The notes: generated from the letters alone by a model not told the origin. Positions 26,554 through 40,460 are shown, counted from the first letter of the whole stretch. The stretch: DNA of 62,908 nt, filler included, from Reclinomonas americana ATCC 50394 (GCA_048213135.1; 16 parts of 16 records of this genome joined end to end with filler, not necessarily neighbours in it); one strand, 5' to 3'. Numbers and translations are program-made.

Positions 26554-28137
26554 ATGCGCGCTCTTGTTGTGTTTGCGCTCCTTGTCGTGACGCTGCTGGC
26601 GAGCAATGCCGCGGCGCAGTGCGGGTCGTGCCCGACGACGTCGGTGGCCACAGATGCGGCCACTGCATGCAGCTATGATTTCAACACGCTGATCACGAAT
26701 CTGGCGCAGGAGAATGAGGGTGCGTGAGTGATAAGCGAAGAGGGGGAGGAAGAGCAGTGAGCGAGTGCGTGTGTGAGTGGGAGGAAGAAGGAGTGACGAC
26801 ACTTTGATGGGGGTTCAATTGGGTGGTGAGAGAGTGGTTCACAGTGTGTTTGTCTATCTTCTCTCTCGCGCGCTCTCTCTCTTCTCGTCTTTGTGCACAT
26901 GCGCGTTTGTGCGTGAGATGCGAGTGTGTGTGCGAGAAGAAGAGAGCGCATCTTGTCAGTCACACATAATTTTTTGTGCGCCTCTTCTGCTCACGTCACG
27001 CGCGCACGCACACGCGCTCTCTTCTGTTTGCGCATGTGCGTCACTCTTGTGCGTGCGCGCTGCTCTCTCATCACGCATGATGCCCATGTCACATTTTTAG
27101 ACTGAGCGCGAGAAGTTTTTTTCTCATGCGTTCTTCGTCTCCTCTGCGCACCAGGCTGCACTCTGGGTGTGTACACTGACACTACTGGTCATGCGACGAT
27201 TGGATACGGATTCAACGTTGCGACATGAATTTTTTTTTTTGTTCTCTCCCAGCACAATCCATTTATTGATTGCTGGTGGAATGATGATGATCGCAGCTCG
27301 TGCAATCCGGCGCCGATAGCATTCTCTCGCAGGCTGGCATCACCAATGTGTCTGTCAACGATCTTATCAATGGAGCTTGCCTGTCGCCCTCGCAGGCCAC
27401 TGCCATTCTCTGTTGCGTTTTCATTCTCTTGCACCTAACACTTACACTTTACCTTACTTTTTCTGTTGCCAGCCGTCGAGCTTGGCCAGGCCATCTCGTG
27501 CGCGCAGGGACTCGCCACCAGCTGGAGCTCTCTCCCCGTCACCGCCCAGGCTGTCATGACTGATATGGTGCGTCATGTCGGTCACACGCATTCACTTAGT
27601 CAAGAGACTGACCGTTTTTCTCATTCCACGCAGTCCTTCAACCTCGGCTGCGGTGCGCCCTCACTTGCCACACACACATACACACCAAAAGAACCCACCC
27701 ACACACGCAAGCGCACCACGCACACACACACACACCACACACAAAAGCACACCACACTTTCTCTCTCTCACACACACACTCACTCGCTTCCGTCTCCCTC
27801 TCACCACCCTTCCCTCTCCACACTCCCCCTCTCCACAGGCGGCTTCTCGAGCTTTACCAACACGCTGTCGAACATCAACTCTGGCAACTGGTCTGGCGCC
27901 GTGTCGGGCATGATGAACAGCCTGTGGTGCTCGCAGGTCGGCAACCGCTGCACTCGTGACTCGGCTCTCATGGCCGATTCGGCGTACTGCGGTGGCGGTG
28001 GTGGCAGCGGCAGTAGCAGTGGCAGCGGCTCCGGCTCCAGCGGCTCGGGCTCTGGCTCGACCCAGTGCGACCCGAACTGCGCCACCTTCTCCAGCTCCAC
28101 CGGCTGTGGCTGCAGCGCCTGCTCTGCTGGCTACTAC
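26554..28137 (+). CDS. GH24 lysozyme copy 2 (tandem paralog, truncated by gap)
   Basis: Near-identical exons, the same intron positions and an intact catalytic triad. Runs into the gap at 28138 within the first Cys-rich repeat, so its membrane anchor is not visible. Confidence 0.9.
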
Positions 28138-29163
28138 NNNNNNNNNNNNNNNNNNNNNNNNNNNNNNNNNNNNNNNNNNNNTTAATTAATTAANNNNNNN
28201 NNNNNNNNNNNNNNNNNNNNNNNNNNNNNNNNNNNNNAGTGTAGATAGGGAAGGGTAGAAGGGGAAGGGGGAAGGGGGAGGGGGGAAGGGGTAGAAGGGG
28301 AAGGAGAGATAAGGAGGAGGAAGACATGAAGAAGCCACGAGATCGAAGAATGCGAATGCAGCAGGTGAGGTGATGGAGACAACGATATGAGCAGCGTGAC
28401 AAGCCGGTCGATCATGAGACTGTGAAGAGACAGAGGAATGCAGACCAAGTGGTGCTGATTTGTGGGGTTGCAAAGGTCAGAGGAAAGGAAGGTCGCGAGA
28501 CGTTGAGTATGAAGCACTGACAGTGAGACTGAGACACGAGGAGAGTGATGGGGAGTGCACGGCAGTGAGCGTGCTGAGACAACGAGAGGCACTCTATGGC
28601 ATTGACAGATAAACTGTGAGTGAGAGAGAGAGCGAGTGAGAGAGAGCATGCATGATTGCGGTGAGAGTCTATGGTATCTCTTTCATCATCTTTCGCTGTT
28701 TGGAGTGTCACTGTTCGTTGAACATGAAGGATAGATAGGGAGAATGAATGTGATAGCGAATGCGGGAAAGAATGCAACGAGCGCGGCAACTGAAGACCGG
28801 CAATGAGATATAGAGGACTGCAGAAGGGAATGAGAATGCCAGGAGAGTGATGAGGGATGATGGAGAATCATAGGAAAGTTGTTGAGTGAAGCAGAGCGAC
28901 AATCGAGAGCAAATTGGATGAGTGTGAGTGATTGAGAAAGAGGAAGGGCTACGAGAGCAGCGACTGAAGAGAGACGAGGTAGGGATGTACGAGAGAAAGA
29001 AGCACATAAGAAAGAGAGAGAGAGCAGACAAAACAGTCAGCGAGGCAGAGTGTTCGTGTCTGTCTCTGTCTGTCTTTCATATCATCTTGTCTTCAATGTG
29101 TGTCTCTTCTCTTCTCTCTCCCTCTCCCTGTCCTCCGTCTCTCACCCCTCTTCACCCCTTCAG

Positions 29164-29923
29164 AAATCCGCGAACTTGAATCCCACGAAGAGGAAGCCGG
29201 CGTGCCACGTCGCCTGCCGACCTTCCTGTCGCCGGAGGCGCAGGCCGAGTTCGAGACGATGAAGCTGAAGATGGATTTGGAGCGACTGGCCGATCACGAC
29301 GAGGAGTCGTATGCGCGCGTGCCGATTGACAAGTTCGGTGAGGCCATGTTGCGTGGCATGGGCTGGAAGCCTGGCGATACGATTGGCAATGCCGACGGTC
29401 CGGTGGCACCCATCGAGCTCATTCCGCGGCATCACCGATTGGGACTGGGTGCGAAGCCGAGTCTGCTGCTGGAGAAGGAGCAGAAGAAGAAGCGTCGACG
29501 CAAACCGGGTGAGGAGGAGAGCACGCGTGGTGAGATGATGGTGGAGTCGAGTGATGGCCGTGTGCGCCACTATCGCACACTGGATGAGAAGCTCGTGCGC
29601 AAGCGCCCGACGTACCTGGCACCGGTGTGTTTCAGTGTTGATGTTTTTAACATGAGTTAGACGTTGTCTAATGAGAGCTGTGTGTGTGTGTGTGTGTGCA
29701 GCGTGCTCTGGTCGGCATTGTCGGTGGTCCACACGAGGGTCTCTTTGCCGATGTGCTGCGTGTGGAGGGTCATCGCGTGCAAGTGCGGCTCGACTTGAAC
29801 ATGCAGGAGGTGACGGTGCATGCTGCAGATCTGAAGGTGTGTGGCGGGAAAGGGAGGGAGCGAGAGAGGGGAGAGGGAGAGAAGGAGGGAGATGGAGAGA
29901 AAGAAAGAAAGGAAAGAAGACAG

Positions 29924-29965
<42 letters not shown>

Positions 29966-31656
29966 TGTAGAGCGAGTGGGGTCGCGCAAGAGAGGGAAGC
30001 GAGAGAAAGAAAATGAACAAGAAGACGAGCTATATGACAGGATGTACGAAACCATCGGGCGAGGGGAGAGGGAAGCGAAAGAAGAGAGTGGTATGAGCGA
30101 TATAGCGAGTTTGTGAAAGAGATTGAATGAGAGAAAGAAAGAAAGAGAGAAAGAGGGAAAGAGGGAAGGAATAGAGACAGAGATTTATGGTGCGTGAAAT
30201 CACTGATTGACCGAATGCACGAGGCCGTAGATTGAGTGGGGGTAAGCAAGAAGACGAGCTAGATGACAGGATGCACAAAACCGTTGAGCGAGATCGGGCG
30301 AGGAGAGGGGGAAGCGAAGGAAGAGTGATGAAATGAGGAATGTAGCGAGTTTGTGGAAGAGAAAGAATGAAAGAAAGAAAGAAAGAAGGAAGGAGGGAAA
30401 GAAAAGAGACAGAGAGATTTATGGTGCGTGAAATCACTGAGCGAGTGAGATTGGACGAGGAGAGAGAAAGAAAAGAGAAAGGAAGGCTGAGGGAGAGGGA
30501 GAAGCAGGCAGAGTCATATGGTGTGTGAAATCACTGAGCGAGTGAGGGCGGGTAAGGAGAGGGAAAAGAGAAAGAAAGAAAGACAATTGTGCGTGTGTGA
30601 GAGAGAGAGAGAATCCGTCTGGAAGAACTTGAGAGATCGTCTCACTGTGATCTCTGCAGGTTCTGGATGCAACAGAACTGTCGGACTCGCACCCAGCCGT
30701 CCTCTTCATGCGCAAGTTGCACGACAAGCACTTGGATCAGGCCGTCGGCAGCGACGAGAGCAGTGGCGAGGAGTCGGAGGATGAGGATGAGGATGTGGAC
30801 ATGAAGCCCAAGTTGCGTCGCCACGGCGCCCCAACCTCTTTGTGGCCGTCGTCTCACTCTATATCTCAGGATGAAGTTTGGTCTGTCGACCTTTGACAAG
30901 AGCGGTCGCCTCATCCAGGACTCGAAGGGAGGCGACGTGGAGGAGGAGGACGAGGAGAATGGCGAGAAGAGACCATCGTCGAAGCACAAGAAATCGAAGC
31001 ACGGACGCTCACGGTCAAGATCACGGTCGCCGAGCAAGTCGAAGAGCAGCAGCAGCAAGGACAAGAGCAGTCGCGATCGAGACCGCGATCGCGATCGTGA
31101 CAGGGACCGCGACCGTGACAGGGACCGCGATCGTGACAGGGATCGGGATCGCCACGACAAGCACAAATCATCGTCGAAGGCAGCATCATCGTCCTCCTCT
31201 TCATCGTCGTCATCGAAGAGTGGGTCGTCGGCAAAACAACGACCCATTACGTGGATTGTGCCCAACATTCATGTGCGCATTGTGGATCGTGCGCTGCGCG
31301 GAGGCGTGCTGTACAACCAAAAGGCGCAAGTGGTGGACGTGGTCAATCGGTACGAGTGCGTGCTGCGAGTGGACGAAACCGGCGTGCTGGTGGAGGGCGT
31401 GGGCGAGGGCAGTCTCGAAACCGTGCTGCCAAAGACGACAGGGCAGCAGGCGCGCGTCATTCTGCTGCGTGGCGATCGCAAGGGCCGCACGGGCGTGGTG
31501 TTGGAGAAGAACGCCAAGGCGGAGATTGTCGCCGTTCAACTCAGCGGCAACATGGAGGTGCGTTCAGCTGTGCTTGTATGTGTGTGTGAAGATGATTTCT
31601 CATCTGAATGGAGCAGGTGGTGCGAGCGAGTTTCGACGATGTGGCCGAGTACCTGC
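29164..31656 (+). CDS. GPKOW: G-patch and KOW domain splicing factor (GPKOW/Spp2/MOS2 family), partial
   Basis: YARVPIDKFGEAMLRGMGWKPG...RHHRLGLGA (Spp2-type G-patch), KOW motif VGIVGGPHEGL, an RD-dipeptide tract, and the C-terminal WIVPNIHVRIVD...LETVLPK...VILLRGDRKGRTG. Confidence 0.9.
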
Positions 31657-32099
31657 NNNNNNNNNNNNNNNNNNNNNNNNNNNNNNNNNNNNNNNNNNNN
31701 TTAATTAATTAANNNNNNNNNNNNNNNNNNNNNNNNNNNNNNNNNNNNNNNNNNNNGAGAGGGAGAGGGAGAGGGAGAGGGAGAGGGAGAGGGAGAGGAA
31801 AAAGAATGAAAGATAGAAAGAAAGAAAAAGAAGAGAGAGATAGAAAGAAAGAAAAAGAAGAGAGAGATAGAAAGAAAGAAAGCAAGAAGAATGCATGAAT
31901 GCAAGCAAGAAAGAAAGAGAGCCAGCAAGAGAAAAGAAACAAAGAAAGAAAGACTGACAGAAAGAGAGAGGGAGAGAGATCGAGGGAGAGAGGGAGAAAA
32001 GGAGAGGAGACAAAGTAGAGATACAAAGAAAGTAGAATGGAAAGAGAAAGAAAGCAAACAAGCAAGCAAGCCAGGAGGCAACAATGAAAGAAAGAAAGT

Positions 32100-32139
<40 letters not shown>

Positions 32140-32373
32140 GAATTAAATAACCAAGAAAGCAGAGATATAGAAAGCAAGCAAGCGAGAATGGAAGAGAGAC
32201 TGACAGAGACTGAGGGAGAGATAAAGAGAGAGGCCGACAGAGCGTACTCGTGAGCAGGTAAGGGAGAGAGCCCTCGTGAGTAACAGAGAGAGAACTACTG
32301 AGAATAAGAGAAAGCAAGAGGGAAGGAGAAAGGAAGGGAGACAAGACTGATATGGAAGAATGGAGTAACACAC

Positions 32374-35267
32374 CTTGATGACCAGTTGATGGGGTTCAGC
32401 GTGGTCTGATATCCACCGGCACCGCCACCAGCCCCGCCTCCCGGCTCCGCAGTGATGAGCCCTTGGCGGAGGCTGGCCGGCTTCTCACCGAGCGCCGAGG
32501 TCGAGTCAGGGAACATCTTGTTCACCTGCTGTGTGCGCAAGCGCGCTTGGGCGGCGCGATACGGGTCCTCCAACTCAGTGACCAGTGGCGGTGGTTGCAT
32601 TGTCCAGCGTGGCGTCTGTGTCTCTGGTCGGTGCAGCGCCATCTCGGCCGCCGATCGCGACATCATCTGCGGTGCCGGAGTCGAGTAGGTCAGCACACTG
32701 GAGAAAACAGACAATGAGCTTGCAAGCACAACAACGAGGAAACAAAGCAATGCGCAAAACCACCAACCTGGCTGGCCGATCCGACTCGACTCGTGGGGTG
32801 GGTGCGTGGCCAATCAGCGATTCGGGACCGTAGGCCGGCTGCGAGCGACCGATGCGACTGACTTTTGGGTCGGCCTTGGCAGCCGCCAGCTCGGACTCCT
32901 TCCAGGTGCGCACCGAGTCGCGCAGCGCGTTCATCATCTCCACCGCGGACTGCAAAATGAAGGAAGTGAGAAAGGGAAAGGTCACAAGGGGAAGAGAGGT
33001 GTGAGAAGGAGGGAGAGACGAGGATAGGAGACGGGACGAGGGAAGAATTGAAGAGGAGAGGTGGAGGAGAGAGAAAATGGGATAGAGAGCAAGAAACAGG
33101 AGTGATGCGAGAAGAGAATGAGAAAGAGAATGGGGAACGAGTGAGAGAACGCGTGACAGACAGAGAGACAGATAGTCATGAGAGAGAAGCGAGTGTCGGG
33201 GACAAGAGAGACAGAGGAAGACAGAAGAGAGACAGAGTGTCTCAGACAGATAGACACGGGTTGGAAGCGAATCTGAGGGAAAAGAGCACAAGAGAGACAG
33301 GTGAGAAAGGGAGGAAGAAAGATACAAGAACAAGAGGGGGAGAGAGAAGAGAAACACACATTCAGAAGCTGGCAGTTACAGAGAGGGCGAGTGAGAAGGG
33401 AGATGAGGAAGAAACAGAGGGAGAGAGCAAGCTGAATAATACAGCCCCTGAACATCACACACCTGCGGCGGCTGGTTCTGCTCATAATGCTGCTTCTGCA
33501 AGGCCGAGCGCGACGACGCCACCGCTGCAGCGCCCTGGAAATCACGCACAGTGTCCTTCAGTTCCTGCATCATGGCGGCGCCACGTGGCGACAGCGACGA
33601 CTGCTGCTGCTGATAGTGCGACTCGGGCCGTCGCATCACCGAGGCGGGCATGGTCATTGGGCGCGACACCACAATATCGGGAACGCCGTTCAACTGGGGT
33701 GCAGGCATCGCGGCACTATCGCGCGCCAATTTCACCTCCTGTTGAGCGGCCACCGCAGCGGCGTGTAGCAGCTGTGGAGCCGGTGGGTTAATGTCGGCGG
33801 ATGGACCCTATAGGAGGCAAACAGTGAGACAGCGCAAAGAAGGAGAGACAAAGAGAGTGTGATGACCACGCACATCGACACGCTCAATGGCAATCTGCGC
33901 CGCCGATTGCCTCGAGTGATCGGCAATGTGCGTGCGCAGCTCCTGCAGGCGCTTCTCCCGCCTGGCCAGCAGCTGCGCCTCCACGGCCGACTCGTACACG
34001 TCTTCCAGCACATCACCACGCACTGTGCGGTCCCTCCTGGAGGATGCGTCCGAGAAGAGTGGGTTCTGTGACACTTGCTGCTGCTGGTAGTGGTCGCGTG
34101 GGGTGGTCTGCAGGGATGACGAGGCCGACGAGGAGGTTCCTCTCTGCGGAAAGCGAGTGAGGGAATGGGCAAAGGAGAAGGAAAGGGGGAAAGGGGAAGG
34201 AAAGGGGGAAAGGGGAAAGGGGGCAAGGAAAAGGGGGAAGGAAANNNNNNNNNNNNNNNNNNNNNNNNNNNNNNNNNNNNNNNNNNNNTTAATTAATTAA
34301 NNNNNNNNNNNNNNNNNNNNNNNNNNNNNNNNNNNNNNNNNNNNGAGAGAGAGAGAGAGGAGCGACCTTGAAAGTTGAAGTCAGAGGGAGAATGAAGTGA
34401 ACATCGAAGAGAAATGATGGCACAGTGAAGTATGAGAGGAAGAGGAGTGAGAGGAACCACGAAGAGCCACAGAGTGATAGCAGATCGAGAGAGAAGGTTC
34501 GCTGAAACCCTTCGCAACTGGTGCCCCGGCTGGTACCACATGCAGCGGATTGAACTCCTCCATCATCATGTCGCCAAGCGCGGTCCCGGGCCGGCTCGCC
34601 GGTCGCGACGACATCAACGGTGTCCAGTGTGGATTGAATTCGAGAGTGAGATCACGCGGTGCGACGCGCGTCGGCGACGTGGCCTCGATGCGCGAGATCA
34701 AGTTGGTGCGATTGAACTCCTCGGTGGCGTTCTTGCGCGTGGTCTCCACTGTCGAGGACACCTCCTTCACCTCCCGGTGCGCCTGATCGCCCAACACTCT
34801 CCGCTCCTGCATGGCACCGGCCATCACCTGCTGCCGCGACGAATCATGCTCCAAGTGCGCCAGTTGCGATCGCATACGATCCAGCGCCGCCTTCCTGTCC
34901 TCCATCATGCGTGCATGCATCGTCAACTCCTGCTCCATGGTCTGCACCAGCTGCATCGTGTGCGGCATGTGCGGATTCGAGCGCCAGTCCGTCGGTGTGC
35001 TGCTTCGCGAGCTGCCCGGTAATGACGGTGGTGCCGACATGGCGTACTGTGGCACGAAAGAGATGAGATTTGATGGCATCAGCAATGCAGCAGAGCAAGT
35101 GGGTCACGCACCACACTCTGCGGCGACGGCTGCTGCATCGGCGGCGGCGCCTCGGATCGACTCAAGTGACTCGGCAAGTACGTCGACGATGCGAAGCGTG
35201 ATACGGGCGCCGGTGATGCAGGCACACTGCTGCTGCCGGGCACAGGCGAGAACCTTGCCACGGGTTG
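32374..35267 (-). CDS. Hypothetical coiled-coil / low-complexity protein (partial, spans a gap)
   Basis: Several splice-bounded, GC-rich exons (e.g. MEQELTMHARMMEDRKAALDRMRSQLAHLE) separated by GA/CT-rich introns. No family recognised. Confidence 0.55.
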
Positions 35268-35397
35268 CTGTGGGGAGATGAGGAGGTGAGGGAGATGGAA
35301 GGAGAAGGAGAAGAGAGAGAGAAAGAGGTGGCAAGACTGGGCAGCGATCAAGCCACAGACGGTCAAAAACACGAGACGAAGGGGAGAGAGAGAGAAG

Positions 35398-35455
<58 letters not shown>

Positions 35456-35973
35456 NNNNNNNNNNNNNNNNNNNNNNNNNNNNNNNNNNNNNNNNNNNNT
35501 TAATTAATTAANNNNNNNNNNNNNNNNNNNNNNNNNNNNNNNNNNNNNNNNNNNNGTCGAGTAGCTCGACGGAGGGAACCGCGAGGGTGTGCTGGTCATC
35601 TTATATAAAAAAACAAAGGAGAGCTGCTCAACACTTTGATCACACACACACACAAAGAGAAACAGAGACAATCCCGTGCGCGCGTGTGTGTGTATGTGCT
35701 ACAGACAGAGAGTGCGAGTGGTGTGTGTGCGCGCGCTCTCTGTCTTGTGTTTGAGTGTGAACGAGCGGTCCCTCAGCGCTCACTGTGAGGACCGTTCGAG
35801 TTCCGTCGACTGGATGGAATCGACCGAAGTTCAATCGGTGTTGTGCGCGCGTGGGTGTGCGCGCATGACTGGGCACACTGAAGGTCTGTGTGTGTGTGTG
35901 CGTGTGTGCGTGTGTGCATTCGCGCGCGTGTGAGAAAAAAAGCGGCACATTCAAGTTTGCTTGTGGTGTGCAG

Positions 35974-38189
35974 ATGACTTTCTTGCGGCGTTGGAGGATG
36001 AGGAGGAGGTGATGGACCCGGGCACGCCCATCTCTCCGCCTGCTGTTGCGGCGGCGTTTGCTGCAAAAGCCACGTCATCATCATCGTCCACTGGTGGTGG
36101 TGGTGGGAGGGAAGAGGTAGAGGACGAGGACGAGCGTGGGGCGGAGGGTGGCTCCGCGTCGCAGAGGAGTCGACGTAGCAGGCATCGTCGAAGTCGGCAT
36201 GGCAAAGATAGTGAGCGGAGTTCGAAGCAATCGTGAGTGGATGGAGGGGGATAGAAGGAGAAGGGAGATGAAGGGGAAGGAGGGAGGGGAGGGAGAAGGA
36301 GGGGAGGGAGGGAGAAGGGAGGGAAGGGAGAACGAAATGCAAAAGAAAGAGAGAAACGATAGAAAGAAACAAATGACAGAGAGATTGAATGAGAGAGAGA
36401 GAGAGAGAGAGGAGGGAGGGAGAGACAGACGTAAAGAGAACACGGGGTAGGAGAGACACAGAGGAAGGGAGAGCGAAGTGCAAGTGAGAATGGGAGAAAC
36501 AGAGAGAGACTGAGGGGAAGAGAGACGCTTGAAGGGGGAGAGGACGAGGGGAAGAGAGCGAAACACTTGAGAGGAAGGGAGATCGAAATGCAGTAGNNNN
36601 NNNNNNNNNNNNNNNNNNNNNNNNNNNNNNNNNNNNNNNNTTAATTAATTAANNNNNNNNNNNNNNNNNNNNNNNNNNNNNNNNNNNNNNNNNNNNAACC
36701 TCGGGTGAGCGACTGGCCACGGCGCCGTTGGGGACGTATGCGCAACCGCCGCCGTCTTCCCTATTGCCGGTGCCGGCTGCAGATGTGAAGCCGCCGGTGG
36801 CGGCTGTCGGCGGCGGGGCGAGAGCGGCGGATCGACCGCCAATGGCGGTGATTGAGGAGTGGTTTGAGCGCAAGTTCAAGTCGTCGTCGCGCGGCTCGAA
36901 TTTGCACTTGGGCAGACTCCTGCAGGAGGCCAATAACATGTTGCTGGCGCAGGTGAGCAGCAGGTTCACGAATGGTTGTGATATATCTGTGTGGACTCAC
37001 CCTGTCGGGAGAGAACAGGGCGGTCAGCAGGTTTATCGGGGCGACCCGACGTGGGAGTCGTTTGTGAAGCACCGCGTGTATCAGCAGCGCTTTAGCATTG
37101 CCGACCCGGAGCTGCAGCGGGTGGCGTTTGTGGATTACGAAATGCACCCAGGTGGTGGTGAATCGATGCTGCCAGTGCCGCCACAACCACCACCACCGGC
37201 AGCGGCGGCGGCAGTCATGATGGGACATCATCCGCTGGGCGCCATGCACATGCTGCACGGAGCCGTCGATCCGTTCGGCATGATGCCGGTGGTGCACGAC
37301 GGTCGCATGTGGAACGGAGTCATGGCACCTCCGGTGCATGTGGCGGTGCCGCCGCCGCACATGTTGGTGCCAGTGCATGGGCGTTTGCCGCCACCACCAC
37401 TACAGCAGCAGCAGCAGCAGCAGCAACAACAACGGCAGCCATCGCAGCAGCAGCAGCAAAGGCAGCCGCAGGACACGGCCGATGAAGACGAGGTCGCGCG
37501 ACTGCGGTCGCTGGTGGCCAAGTCGATCAAGGCGCGCAAGGTGGCCACCTCGTCCAGCGGCGTGGACTGTGTGATTGGCAATGTGAGGTCGGCATCTGCT
37601 GTGGCCACGCTTGAGAGGGATATCAAGGACAAGTTTGGCGGCGACTTTGTTGTTGCGTCATCGTCGCCACCGTCCTGTCACCCGACTTGCTCACCCCCAC
37701 AGCACAGAGGTTACTTTACGATTCGGCAGCGCGGGAGGCGACGGTGCGCGTCACCTCGTCGGATACGGCGACCAGTCTGCGGCGACAGTTTAATCGGTAC
37801 TTGCTTGTTTGTGATGCACACGCGCGATGTAGATGAGTGAGAGGGTGAAGAGGGGGGAAGGGGGAGAAGGGTGTGGGTTTTTGGTTGTTTATTTGTTTAA
37901 TCTGTTTTTACTGTTTAATGTTTGGTTTGTGACGCACACGCACACGATGTATATATATGAGTGAGAGGGTAGTCTGGGGAAGGTGGTTGGTTGGTAATGT
38001 GTTTTGTGTTTAATCTGTTTTTGCTGTTTAATGTTTGTTGTTTTGCAATCTGTTCTCCTTTGTGCCATTTCCTGCGGCCGCCCTCTGATCTCACACAATC
38101 TTCGTGTTATTTTTTCGTGTGGTTCGCCGGATTATAGTTCGAAGCTGGAAGGCGAGCCCATTACTGTGACAATCAAAGGCGGCAAATGA
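35974..38189 (+). CDS. Hypothetical protein with P/Q/M-rich region and a possible C-terminal RRM-like domain
   Basis: The spliced C-terminus CVIGNVRS...DIKDKFGG...ATVRVTSSDTATSLRRQFNRSKLEGEPITVTIK* has RRM-like spacing. PolyQ tract at ~37403-37460. Confidence 0.5.
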
Positions 38190-38683
38190 AGGAGGAGATG
38201 ATGGGAAAGGACAAGGGGGAGAAATGGGGAAGAGAGGGGGAAGGGGGAANNNNNNNNNNNNNNNNNNNNNNNNNNNNNNNNNNNNNNNNNNNNTTAATTA
38301 ATTAANNNNNNNNNNNNNNNNNNNNNNNNNNNNNNNNNNNNNNNNNNNNGGATGGGGGGAGAGGATGGGGGGAGAAGATGGGGGGAGAGGATGGGGGGAG
38401 AGGATGGGGGGAGAGGATGGGGGGAGAGGATGGGGGGAGGGCGACGGGGGAGAGGATGGGAGGGAGGGTGGGGATGAAAAGCAATGGTGGGAAGAGATGG
38501 GCGACGAAGAAGAGAATGAGCGAAGGTGTGAGAGAGAAAATGGATAGCAGAGGGCAAAGATCTCGAGAACACTGCCATGAGTGCAGACGCATGCACAAAG
38601 TGAGAATGCGCATTGGCAGATAAGCAGGAACCAACAGACTAGATGAGGATTCTATGACTGTCCCTTCTCCTCATCAAACTCAC

Positions 38684-39285
38684 CAGTATGACCACCACCA
38701 TGTACCAACACATCGATTTGCACACGCCCCAACACGTCCGACGTCGTCAACGGCGCAATCGCCGCCTCCCTGTGTGCCACACGCGGGAAGTACTCGGCAA
38801 TCGACATCCACGCCGAGGTTGGCGAGAATGCGTTGCGCACGCGCAGTGATTCGTGCAGCTCAATCGGACCCGTCGATGTGTGGCGAATCCACACGCGAGC
38901 CACGCTCTCCTTGCGTCGGCCAGTGCCGTAGGCGCGTCCGTCGGGGGCGATGAAGCCGGGGCCGAAGGAGGACTGTTGGAAAAGGGAAAGTGAGCAGCTG
39001 GGAGAGACAGGTTGGCGACAAGAGAAGCGAGAGACGAGAGGAATGCGAAGAATGCACGTGATACGATGAGAAGCGAAGTGGGCTCAAATGTGCAAAGAAC
39101 GCTGGCGGGAGAAGGGATACTGCATTCTGCAAGTCGTTGACGCATGCCAGGAAAAGGAAAAGATGGAAAGGCAGAGATCGCTGCACAGAGAGAGAGAGAG
39201 AGACTGGAATGCAAACGACACCACAGCACAGGGCTCAAGCGAGCAGCAAAGGCTCACGAATGAAAGGTGGAAAGGCAGAGATCGC

Positions 39286-39319
<34 letters not shown>

Positions 39320-39970
39320 GAGGGAGGAAGAGGGAGGAGGAGGAGGAGGAGGAGAGAGNNNNNNNNNNNNNNNNNNNNNNNNNNNNNNNNNNNNNNNNNN
39401 NNTTAATTAATTAANNNNNNNNNNNNNNNNNNNNNNNNNNNNNNNNNNNNNNNNNNNNGAGAGAGAGAGAGAGAGAGAGAGAGAAGGAGGAGGAGAGGGA
39501 GAGAGAGAGAGACTGGAGTGCAAACGACAGCACGTCTTGAGCACGATCAAAGTGTGGCACTTGAAGTACAGGAGAGATGAATGCAGAGTGCCATTGCATG
39601 CATGCAAGTCAGCAATCGATTCACCCACACACCAGCACCTCCTCCCTTTGCCTCTCCTCTTTCCCTCTCCCCTCCCAGTCATCGCATGCCCGCCACACAC
39701 ACACACCTGCTCGCCCTGCCCCTCCTGCACACCCGCACCACCTTCCGCCTTTGCCGCCGCCGCCGCCTCCTTCTTATCATACTTATCAAAGCCCTTGCGC
39801 ACACGCAGCAGGTGCCGTTGCCGCTCCTCCCACGCACTTTGCTCACTCAACAACTGCGCAACATCCGCCGCCGCAGACGGAAGCGGCGGGAACAGCGCAC
39901 GCGACACTCGCAGGAAGCCGGAACTGGGGCCTGCAGCAGTCGAAAAGAGACGCATGCGAGATGCAAGCAT
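38684..39970 (-). CDS. MRPS9: Mitochondrial ribosomal protein uS9m (partial)
   Basis: Transit-peptide-like start MLASRMRLFST. The S9 core reads YGTGRRKESVARVWI...EYFP...IDVLVHGGGHTG. C-terminus lost toward the gap at 38250. Confidence 0.85.
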
Positions 39971-40038
39971 GGTGGCTGCGATTGAAGTTGCATGGATAGA
40001 CATCCAGTCGACCGATAACACCGCATCACACACGCACA

Positions 40039-40460
40039 ATGTCGCGACGAGAGGTCGACCGCGCGTTCTCACAGGTGCGTCACGCATATAGCAAAGACTA
40101 CGCTGCTGCATGCGCTTGTTTTGTGCGTGTTTTGGGGCGCTGATGTCTGGCGACATGGCGCGCACTAACAGGTTGAAGAGTGCCGCCGTGGCGAGTGCAC
40201 GGATGCGGCGAAGCGACTGGAGTGGAGAGAGGCGCAGACGCGCGAGAAGTTCGTTGTCGTGGAGCAGACCAAGATTGCGCGTGAGAGACTGGTCGAGTGT
40301 TACAAGAAGGAAGGCACGTCTTTTTTGCAAGTCGCTCTTCTTATGCTTGCTGCTCACCGCTGTCTGCGTGTGTGTAGGCGTGAACCACAACCAAAAGTGC
40401 CGCTCATTGGCGCTGGCATACAAGGAGTTGCTCGGCAAGTTCCCTCTCTTCCAGGGATGA
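40039..40460 (+). CDS. NDUFB10: Complex I accessory subunit NDUFB10 (PDSW family)
   Basis: Three exons give ...REAQTREKFVVVEQTKIARERLVECYKKEGVNHNQKCRSLALAYKELL, matching the conserved CY..EGVNH.QKCR motif. The second intron (40314-40377) is GC-AG. Confidence 0.85.

Noticed and set aside
5146..28137. Prophage or endogenous virus suggested by the fibre-like and lysozyme genes
   Set aside because: Both have host-type introns and secretory-pathway signals and are interspersed with housekeeping genes; no capsid, polymerase, terminase or integrase genes are seen.
31072..31160. GATCGC/GACCGC hexamer repeat
   Set aside because: An ordinary coding RD-dipeptide tract of the splicing factor GPKOW.
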